Source: Vicinamibacteria bacterium (lineage in GTDB: Bacteria > Acidobacteriota > Vicinamibacteria > Marinacidobacterales > Marinacidobacteraceae). From it: DNA of 64,000 bases. The translations under genes were made by a program, and so were the position numbers. Shown piece after piece: positions 58,401-64,000 of this stretch; the first letter of the stretch is position 1; each line of letters starts with the position of its first letter. Below the pieces are notes generated by a model. The model made no database searches. It saw nothing but the letters and a program-made list of their open reading frames with translations, and was not told the DNA's origin. Location of the stretch: NCBI GenBank assembly GCA_965215615.1, contig OZ244068.1, positions 1,159,596-1,223,595 on the forward strand, written 5' to 3'.

Positions 58401-59235
58401 TCCCGAATGGTTCGAGGTGTTGCCGGATTCGCGCTCGCTGCTCCGGGGTCTTCTTGAGGAGCCGTTCAGCTACCACGTACTGAACATCGGTTCGGGCGAT
58501 CAGCACCTGCTCGAACCGGTCCCTGACCCGGCGGACGGAATCGGCGGCGAACGCGAAGCGTTGGCTGTCGAAGATGGCTTCCTGCACTCCGGCCACGAAC
58601 CGCAGGCGCAAACCGGAGCAGCTCTCCGCGAGTTCGCGGAGGAAGTTCAGGTCGAGGATGAGTTCCTGGTCCTTGCGGGAGCGGAGGAAGTCCAGCAGTT
58701 CGTCCACGACCAGGAGCAGCCCCTGGTCCGGGAAACGCTCGTGGAAAGCCGCCATCATTTCCTCGAGACACCGCTTGTTGTTCGGAACCGCATCGGCATC
58801 GGGAAACGCGTAGGCGACTCCCAGTTCATCGAGGCGGCGCTCGAGTTCTCCCACGAGAATCTCGCGGAGCGGCATTCCGGTAGCACCGATCTCCGTTCGC
58901 GCAACCTGGAAGCGGCCGGCGACCTGGGTGATGGCTTCCCTGACTTCGGGATTCGTGAGCGAGGCGGCCAGGTCCGCGTTCTCGGCGACAGACGAGAGCA
59001 CCGCCATCAGGTGGGATTTGCCAGTTCCGTAATTGCCGACGACCAGCAGTCCCTTGTGATCCGCCGGATTCTCGAACTGGATCTGCGGAATGGCGAGACC
59101 GACCAGCGTGGATGCGAGGTCGGGCGAGATGACGAAGGACTCGACGAGATTTCGGGCGTTTTCTGCGTCGCTTGCATCCCGGAGCTGGATGACCGACTCG
59201 ATTGGCTCGAACTGGACGAGATCGCGGTACTTCAT
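55486..59235 (-). CDS. brxC: BREX P-loop ATPase BrxC/PglY.
   Basis: N-terminus MKYRDLVQFEPIESVIQL...; Walker A ...LLVVGNYGTGKSHLMAV...; Walker B ...LLLVVDELLDF.... About 1250 aa with a C-terminal CPHC. Start at the internal ATG, overlapping the upstream stop (ATGA). Confidence 0.8.
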   Translation of the reverse strand: MKYRDLVQFEPIESVIQLRDASDAENARNLVESFVISPDLASTLVGLAIPQIQFENPADHKGLLVVGNYGTGKSHLMAVLSSVAENADLAASLTNPEVREAITQVAGRFQVARTEIGATGMPLREILVGELERRLDELGVAYAFPDADAVPNNKRCLEEMMAAFHERFPDQGLLLVVDELLDFLRSRKDQELILDLNFLRELAESCSGLRLRFVAGVQEAIFDSQRFAFAADSVRRVRDRFEQVLIARTDVQYVVAERLLKKTPEQRARIRQHLEPFGKFYGRLNESLDEYVALFPIHPDFIRTFERLAVVEKREVLKTFSLAMAAMLDVEVPESEPGLVAYDSYWETLTANASFRAIPDIREVIRCSEVLESRVRNAYSRRQYEPLAIRIIHALSVHRLTTGDIHASIGAAPAELRDALCLYQPGVEELGGDPALDLETMVATAVREIHRTVSGQFITENPRNGQYYLDLRKTDDFDALIKARAESLDHSQLDRYYYRALIRLMDVREDEAHVPGFRIWEHQLTWAERNTERPGYLFFGAPNERSTAAPPRDFYLYFLQPFEPPRFTDEKKADEVFFRLDLTAEGLREAIARFAGAEALAAQSSGAHKRIYQDKAEESLRELGVLLRKNMLDCYHVTCAGRNAKMGAWARGRSIRNLSGTNPEERIPFSDVVHAVAPICLEAHFRDTAPDYPTFGVLITKDSREQAARDALGMIAGRQPTRQARAILAGLELLVGGDIRPDSSRYAKAVLEILHAKPAAQVVGRDEVLVEKVRDVEYFDHGGMRLEPDWVVVLLAALVHSGHVVLTLPGGRKCDALNLSDLAVTPLSELRAFQHFARPKDWNLPGITALVEMLGLPAGVALQVTKARNEAVQQIQKAIAEQVEALARAGEAIHRRVLLWGESLFEAGEAESLDEAVGKTRAFLESLQVFNTPAKFKNFRHEADAVKAHESGLAARTEVDAISRLAMLFQRTAAWLSEALFALPADHSWIAPARKAQQEFLTAARQPANRTDPTFHRDFQTRLGALRKDYEALYLTAHRQARLGSKEAARRDELLRHERLRTLSRLAEIELLRRQDLVDIESGLRGLRECAGPTSQDFEKNPICPHCSFRIGAESTVTVAVESSLDNLERDLDQLVTRWIETLLTSLGDPIVQKSRTLLSTEQQAAIDAFIKTLESRQLPRRSQDSLIEAIRSALRGLEKVTTTRELMAKALFPGGVPATPDQLRERMDGYVRDLTQGRSPGKVRIVLE

Positions 59236-59750
59236 GGCTGGCTGCTTTCCATGCCGGTTTCGAGAGAGATCAGCACCAGGTCTTCGGTTGGGTAGGCCCG
59301 ATGTTCCGGATGCCCCGGCGTTGCGCACCTGAGGAGTCCGCCGGAAACGGAACCGGGCCATGAAGCGATGATCGCCTGATCGCGTGAAAGCCCCTGGAGC
59401 AGGGCGAGGGGGTTCGACTGCAGTTGCGGTTCGAAGAGCACTTCGAGATTGTCGAGCAGGGCCGGCTCTCCCGCAGCGGCCAAGGTGTCGCGGGTGATTT
59501 CCAGAACGCGCAGCGGCCGCTCCTTCATGGGAACGTCGAGGAGTCGCCGGGATAGTTCGATGCCCAGATTCACCGGATCACGGCCGGTTCGTTTGCCGAC
59601 TTCCCGAAGGCAGCGGCTCTTTCCTGCGCCTCGCGGCCCGACGAGCAACACGAGTCGATGGCGCAGGAGAGGAAGTTCCGGAATTCGGGCGAGTACTTGT
59701 TGAGCGGCTTCGGCCGTCTGATGCTGAAGAAGGGGAGGCATCAATTCCAT
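59232..59750 (-). CDS. brxF: Small P-loop NTPase, BrxF-like (BREX type 3 first gene).
   Basis: 172 aa with Walker A ...LVLLVGPRGAGKSRCL.... Immediately upstream of brxC with an overlapping stop/start. Confidence 0.55.
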   Translation of the reverse strand: MELMPPLLQHQTAEAAQQVLARIPELPLLRHRLVLLVGPRGAGKSRCLREVGKRTGRDPVNLGIELSRRLLDVPMKERPLRVLEITRDTLAAAGEPALLDNLEVLFEPQLQSNPLALLQGLSRDQAIIASWPGSVSGGLLRCATPGHPEHRAYPTEDLVLISLETGMESSQP

Positions 59751-59772
59751 GGGAAGGGGCGGAGAGTATCCG

Positions 59773-60033
59773 CTACCGGTGTCGTTTCCTGTCCGGTCTT
59801 TGAAGATCGTACGTGGCTTGCCGGCGTAGCCAGAACTCAGCGTTGGACCACCCGGCTTTTTCGAGCTGAATCGCCATCTCCGGGGGAATTGCCGCGTGGC
59901 CGTTCAGAACTCGCGAAAGGGTATGACGGGCTATGTCCAGGAGCTGCGCTGCCTCGGTCACGCGCAACCCGAGCGGGTTCAGGCAGTTTTCGCGAATGCT
60001 GCGACCAGGGTGCGGAGGATTGCTCAAGGGCAT
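59773..60033 (-). CDS. HigA-family XRE HTH protein (antitoxin-like) with no adjacent HigB. Probable regulator at the head of the BREX-like operon.
   Basis: ...[72 protein letters not shown]... is a strong HigA signature. It sits 22 nt upstream of brxF and 33 nt downstream of the symporter stop. Confidence 0.7.
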   Translation of the reverse strand: MPLSNPPHPGRSIRENCLNPLGLRVTEAAQLLDIARHTLSRVLNGHAAIPPEMAIQLEKAGWSNAEFWLRRQATYDLQRPDRKRHR

Positions 60034-60066
60034 GGTTTCAGTGGACTGTCCTGTGGGGAGCGAACC

Positions 60067-61539
60067 TTATCCCCGCATCAGGTATGGCTCGACGCGCTCC
60101 GGCGGGGGTGGCGCGGTGCGGAGCGAGACGAAGATCAGCGCCAGGACGTTCGCTGCTGCGCCGTAGATGCCCGGATGGATGTCGAGAAAGGCGAACTGCG
60201 GCCAGAGGTTCAGCGCGAGCGCGACTGCACAGCCGGCGAGGAGGCCCGAGATCGCGCCCTGCCGGGTGGCTCGCTTCCAGCACATCGCTGCGATCAGCAG
60301 CGGGAAGAACTGCGCAATGGCACCGTAGGACATGAGCAGCAGTCCCACGAGCGAAGCCTCGGTCCCGATGGCGAGGTAGTAGGCGAGCGCCCCCATCCCG
60401 ATCGCGGTCAGTCGGATGAGCCGGGTTTCGGATGCCTGGTCCCGCTTCCGGCGGCGGAACGGCCGCTCCAGATCCCGGACCAGTACCGAAGCGCCGGCGT
60501 GGAGGATCGCATCGCCCGAGCTCATCGAGGCGGCGAGCGCTCCGGCGCAGAAAAGCCCGATGGCGATCGCCGGAAGCTCGAGGTCCATCAGCATCGTCGG
60601 CAGGATGGTGTCCGACGGGGAGATTCCGGGGTACGCGGTGATCGCCGCGAATCCGATCAGGAGCACCGGGATCAGGAAGATCTGGAAGGTGGGGAAGAAG
60701 ACCACCATCCGCTTCAGCGACCGGATGCTGCGCGCGGCGTAGATTTTCATGAAGTAGTGCGGCCAGACCGAAAATCCGAGGATGGAGACGAGGATCGCAC
60801 TCGAATAGGCCCCGTGGGTCCAGGCCGCGCCGTCCGGGCCGAGTCCGGGGGCGACCAGCATTTCGGGAACGGAGGCCGCGAGGTCGTCGAACATCGGGCC
60901 GATCCCGCCGTGGAGCTTGTACGGCAGGTAGAGGCCGAGCACCCAGGCGAGCCCCAGCATCAGGACACCCTGGAAGGTGTTGGTCCACCCCACGCCTACC
61001 ACCCCGCTCCGGACCACATAGATCAGCACGACTCCGTAGGCGAGCGCCGCGCCCGCCCATTCCGGCATCCGCCCCTCGGTTACCACCGCGAAGACGTACC
61101 CCGCGCCCTTCATCTGGATGACGAGGTAGGGGACGAGCGAGACCGCGCTGATGACCGCCATGATCGCGGGGATCGCCCTTTCGCTCTCGAAGCGGTGGGC
61201 GAAGAACTCGGCCTGGGTGACGAAGCCGAACCGTTTGCCGAGCAGCGCGATGCGCGGCCCGAGGAAATACCAGGGGATCAGTCCCACGGTTCCGTAGGAG
61301 ACGATGTAGAAGGCGGCGGCCCCCCGGGAGTACGCCCAGCCGGGAGCGCCGAGGAAGGCGAAGGCGCTGTAGATGGAAGCCCCCATCACGAAGTAGAGGA
61401 CGAGGAAGCCGAGATTCCGATCCCCGGCGACGTAGCCTTCGGGAGTGTTCGAGGCTTGCCGTCCGGAGAAGAGCCCCACCGCCAGCGTGGCCCCGAGGTA
61501 GGCGAGCGTGGTCAGGAAGACGACGAGCCAGGGGGCCAC
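60067..61539 (-). CDS. Sodium:solute symporter family transporter.
   Basis: About 13 TM segments with SSF motifs. ATGA overlap with the upstream small subunit gene. Confidence 0.75.
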   Translation of the reverse strand: MAPWLVVFLTTLAYLGATLAVGLFSGRQASNTPEGYVAGDRNLGFLVLYFVMGASIYSAFAFLGAPGWAYSRGAAAFYIVSYGTVGLIPWYFLGPRIALLGKRFGFVTQAEFFAHRFESERAIPAIMAVISAVSLVPYLVIQMKGAGYVFAVVTEGRMPEWAGAALAYGVVLIYVVRSGVVGVGWTNTFQGVLMLGLAWVLGLYLPYKLHGGIGPMFDDLAASVPEMLVAPGLGPDGAAWTHGAYSSAILVSILGFSVWPHYFMKIYAARSIRSLKRMVVFFPTFQIFLIPVLLIGFAAITAYPGISPSDTILPTMLMDLELPAIAIGLFCAGALAASMSSGDAILHAGASVLVRDLERPFRRRKRDQASETRLIRLTAIGMGALAYYLAIGTEASLVGLLLMSYGAIAQFFPLLIAAMCWKRATRQGAISGLLAGCAVALALNLWPQFAFLDIHPGIYGAAANVLALIFVSLRTAPPPPERVEPYLMRG

Positions 61540-61766
61540 TATCGCCAGTACTCCTCGTCGAGCGCTTCGTCTTCTTCCCGGTCGGCGCGGAAGATGCGCC
61601 AGAAGGTGACGAACACTGCGGCCACCATCAGGGCGAGCCAGAACATCGAAAACGGCATTCCGAGAATCCGCGGGGCGATCCCGCCCACCAGCGGATAGAG
61701 CGGCCAGACGCTGAAGAACAGGATCAGAACGGCGACCGCGAAGCCGAACCGGTGTCGTGGGATCAT
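61539..61766 (-). CDS. Small two-TM membrane protein (DUF3311/YhdT-like symporter small subunit).
   Basis: MIPRHRFGFAVAVLILFFSVWPLYPLV...FWLALMVAAVFVTFWRIFRADREEDE. It sits directly upstream of the SSF gene. The upstream part of ORF ..62513 is rejected. Confidence 0.55.
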   Translation of the reverse strand: MIPRHRFGFAVAVLILFFSVWPLYPLVGGIAPRILGMPFSMFWLALMVAAVFVTFWRIFRADREEDEALDEEYWR

Positions 61767-62557
61767 CGGGGGATCACCTCGATCTCGTAAAGCGTCGGCC
61801 ACTTCTTCCCGGTGACGAAGAGCCGGCGGGTCTCCGGATCCCAGGCGATCCCGTTCAGCACGTCGGTATCCCGCTCGCGATCCTCCGCCGGGAGCAGCCC
61901 GGAAAGATCCACGAAGGCGAGCACCCGGCCGGATTCGGGATCGATGCGGGCGATCCGGTCCTCGGTCCAGATGTTGGCCCAGATCTCGCCCTCGATCCAT
62001 TCCAGTTCGTTCAGCCCGGAGACCGGCCGTCCCTGGTCGTACACGGCGAGCTCGCCGAGCTCCCGGTGGGTCGCGGGGTCCCGGAAGCGGAGCACGTGGG
62101 TTCCGTCGCTCATCACGAGCCGCTCCCCGTCGTAGGTCAACCCCCAGCCTTCGCCGGCGTAGCGGAATTCGCCCAGCAACGCGAAGGTCTCGGGATCGTG
62201 GACGAAGCCGACCCCCGCGGTCCAGGTGAGCATGTGGATGCGCCCCCCGGCAATCGTCGAGCCCTCGCCGAAATACATCGGGAGGAGCCGGCGCTCGGCG
62301 AGCACCCGCCCGGTCTCGAGTTCGACGCGCCGGAGAGTGGATTCGCCCCGGAGGCCGGTGCTCTCGTAGAGGAAACCGTCGTGGAAGAAGAGCCCCTGGG
62401 TGAAGGCAGCGCGGTCGTGGGGAAACTCGCGCATCACTCGGTAGCCGAGGACCGGGGCGGCCTGCGCCAGGGGAGGAGTCGGAGCGGGAAGCGGCTCTCC
62501 CGCCGCTCCGCACGCAAGGGCGGCGAGCAGCGCGAGGGCAGGGACGCGCGCCTTCAT
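61763..62557 (-). CDS. Secreted glutamine cyclotransferase (beta-propeller QC family).
   Basis: Signal peptide MKARVPALALLAALACGAAG, then ...YRVMREFPHDRAAFTQGLFFHDGFLYESTGL...WGLTYDG...WANIW... typical of plant/bacterial-type QC. Confidence 0.65.
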   Translation of the reverse strand: MKARVPALALLAALACGAAGEPLPAPTPPLAQAAPVLGYRVMREFPHDRAAFTQGLFFHDGFLYESTGLRGESTLRRVELETGRVLAERRLLPMYFGEGSTIAGGRIHMLTWTAGVGFVHDPETFALLGEFRYAGEGWGLTYDGERLVMSDGTHVLRFRDPATHRELGELAVYDQGRPVSGLNELEWIEGEIWANIWTEDRIARIDPESGRVLAFVDLSGLLPAEDRERDTDVLNGIAWDPETRRLFVTGKKWPTLYEIEVIPR

Positions 62558-62605
62558 GCGCACAATCATCGCACGATCAAGTGCACGGTCTCGTATCCTT
62601 GCCGC

Positions 62606-63931
62606 ATGTCTCGGGAATCCCTCGCTCAGAGCTTCACCCACCACCTGGAAATCCGTCTTGCCGGCCTCGTCGAGGATCTGGAATCCACCGGCTTCGATGC
62701 CGTCCTCGTGGACTCGGGCCGCCAGCGTTTCTTTTTCCGGGATGACCAGTCGCCGGCTTTCCGCACGAACGCCCACTTCCTCCACTTCTGTCCGTTCGCC
62801 GGGCCGAACAATCTGTTGCTGCTCACCCGGGACGAAACTCCGGTGCTGTTCGCGCTGCTCGCCGAGGATTTCTGGTACGAGCCGCCTTCGCTCGGCGATC
62901 CGTTCTGGGCGGGGGAATTCCGCATCGTCCGCTCTTCCTCCCGCCGCGAGCAGACCGGCGCGTTGCTCGCCGAGCTCGAAAACCGGCGGACCGCTTCGAT
63001 CAGCGAGACACCCCACCTCGCGGAGATGTTCGACCTCACCCACAACCCGGCTCCGCTTCTCGCGCGGATGGACTGGCGGCGCGCCGTCAAGACACCCTAC
63101 GAGATCCAATGCATTTCGGAAGCGAACGAGGTGGCGGCACAGGGCCACCGGATGGCGGAAAGCGCCTTCCGCGACGGAGGGAGCGAAGCCGCCATCCACC
63201 GGGCCTTCATGGCCGGAGTCGGCGGGGTGGAGGCGGAGCTTCCGTACCCCACCATCGTTGCGCTCGACGAGAAGGGCGCGATCCTCCACTACGAGGGGAA
63301 GCGTCCGGATCACGCCCCCGGCCGCAGCCTGCTCATCGATGCCGGCACCGAGACGCGCGGCTATGCCTCCGACATCACCCGAACCTGCGCCGGCGAGGGC
63401 GCGAGCGACGATTTCCGGGCGCTGATCGCGGCCATGGATCGGGCGCAGTTGGGTCTCGTCGCCGAGAGCCGCGCCGGACGCCCGTGGGCGGAGGTGCATC
63501 TCGCCGCCCACCACGCGCTCGCTTCGGTGCTCCGGGACCAGCAGATCCTCCGGGTCTCCCCGGAAGAAGCGGTCGAGAACAGCCTCAGCCGGGCCTTCTT
63601 CCCGCACGGCATCGGACATTTCCTCGGCCTTCAGGTCCACGACGTGGGGGGCCATCTCCGCGATCCGGACGGCCGGGTCGCGCCGCCTCCGAAGTCCGAT
63701 CCGGCGCTCCGCACCACCCGGGTTCTCGAACCGGGGACAGTCGTCACCATCGAGCCCGGGATCTACTTCATCGAGAGCCTGCTCGCCCCCTGGCGGGAAG
63801 GAAAAAACGCCTCGGCGGTGAACTGGGAAGTGGTGGACGCGCTCGCCCCCTTCGGCGGCGTGCGGATCGAGGACGACGTGGTGGTGACCGGGGACGGCCC
63901 GCGCAACCTGACCCGGGAGTATCTGGACTGA
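62606..63931 (+). CDS. pepQ: Xaa-Pro dipeptidase (M24B).
   Basis: ...HYEG......LIDAGTETRGYASDITRT...HGIGHFLGLQVHDVGG...IEPGIY... shows the pita-bread fold metal ligands. Start at the internal ATG (MSRESLAQSF). Confidence 0.8.
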   Translation: MSRESLAQSFTHHLEIRLAGLVEDLESTGFDAVLVDSGRQRFFFRDDQSPAFRTNAHFLHFCPFAGPNNLLLLTRDETPVLFALLAEDFWYEPPSLGDPFWAGEFRIVRSSSRREQTGALLAELENRRTASISETPHLAEMFDLTHNPAPLLARMDWRRAVKTPYEIQCISEANEVAAQGHRMAESAFRDGGSEAAIHRAFMAGVGGVEAELPYPTIVALDEKGAILHYEGKRPDHAPGRSLLIDAGTETRGYASDITRTCAGEGASDDFRALIAAMDRAQLGLVAESRAGRPWAEVHLAAHHALASVLRDQQILRVSPEEAVENSLSRAFFPHGIGHFLGLQVHDVGGHLRDPDGRVAPPPKSDPALRTTRVLEPGTVVTIEPGIYFIESLLAPWREGKNASAVNWEVVDALAPFGGVRIEDDVVVTGDGPRNLTREYLD

Positions 63932-64000
63932 TTCGGTTCGCGCTGGTCGTCCCCCTCCTGCTGGGTGCCTGCGGCTCCGGGTGGCCCCCGGTGGAGCAGG
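63928..64000 (+). CDS. Partial gene at the window edge encoding a lipoprotein N-terminus. Start codon unresolved.
   Basis: Reads LIRFALVVPLLLGACGSGW... with lipobox LLGAC. The only start candidate in frame is a non-canonical CTG. Confidence 0.25.
   Translation, partial: MIRFALVVPLLLGACGSGWPPVEQ

Noticed and set aside
56827-59295. 822-aa plus-strand ORF opposite brxC.
   Set aside because: Antisense shadow of BrxC. Its composition is dominated by G/R/E/V from reverse reading of GC-rich codons.
59232-59750. Calling the 172-aa protein BrxB (DUF1788, BREX type 1).
   Set aside because: It carries a clear Walker A (GPRGAGKS). The downstream order of pglZ then a small gene matches type 3 (BrxF ... 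BrxA) rather than type 1. No BrxL or canonical PglX is present.
59896-61698. 600-aa plus-strand ORF opposite the second SSF symporter.
   Set aside because: Antisense. The symporter frame shows 13 TM helices and SSF motifs.
1-64000. CRISPR arrays, rRNA genes, and IS or transposase genes.
   Set aside because: No regularly spaced short repeats, no rRNA-like conserved stretches, and no transposase or integrase-like translations were seen in any frame.

Overview
High-GC bacterial chromosomal window. Both strands were read from the six-frame ORF track, and gene identities are judged from the translated sequences against recalled family motifs. Genome-wide GC is estimated by eye at about 68-70%. 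About 60 genes are supported, densely packed, with many 4-nt ATGA or GTGA start/stop overlaps.

Housekeeping content:
- rpsP-rimM-trmD-rplS ribosomal operon, followed by thiE.
- A cell-envelope and signalling operon (TPR/NHL, PEGA/PDZ, FHA, LdcA, Mpl).
- A lolA plus lipoprotein-secretin pair, and a tRNA-Ala(CGC).
- A minus-strand aromatic supra-operon: trpE, trpG, DAHP synthase, aroB, aroA, a fused aroK-aroD-aroE gene, aroC.
- dnaK-dnaJ-hspR with a DnaC/IstB-like ATPase, behind a near-consensus sigma70 promoter in an AT-rich stretch.
- A vapBC pair, greA, nfeD plus SPFH (stomatin-like), a SPOR protein, prfB with the classic CUU UGA C +1 frameshift site, an M28 peptidase, a TonB-dependent receptor, two SSF symporters, and pepQ.

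Three observations stand out:
1. A periplasmic peroxiredoxin gene has an in-frame TGA exactly at the peroxidatic-cysteine position, with a downstream hairpin. It is a candidate selenocysteine peroxiredoxin.
2. A roughly 15.8 kb accessory island (about 44.26-60.04 kb) is inserted next to a symporter gene. It carries a BREX type 3-like operon: brxF, brxC, an inserted AlbA_2/HATPase-like gene, an alpha-class methyltransferase with a zinc-ribbon insertion, pglZ, and a brxA-like gene. The canonical BrxHII helicase is absent, and an orphan HigA-like HTH gene heads the operon.
3. Convergent to that operon is a lower-GC 1225-aa gene fusing an XRE-type HTH, an Mrr-like nuclease fold, a P-loop NTPase and a long helical C-terminus (an Avs/STAND-like architecture). 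The combination appears undescribed.

No CRISPR array, rRNA or integrase was seen.
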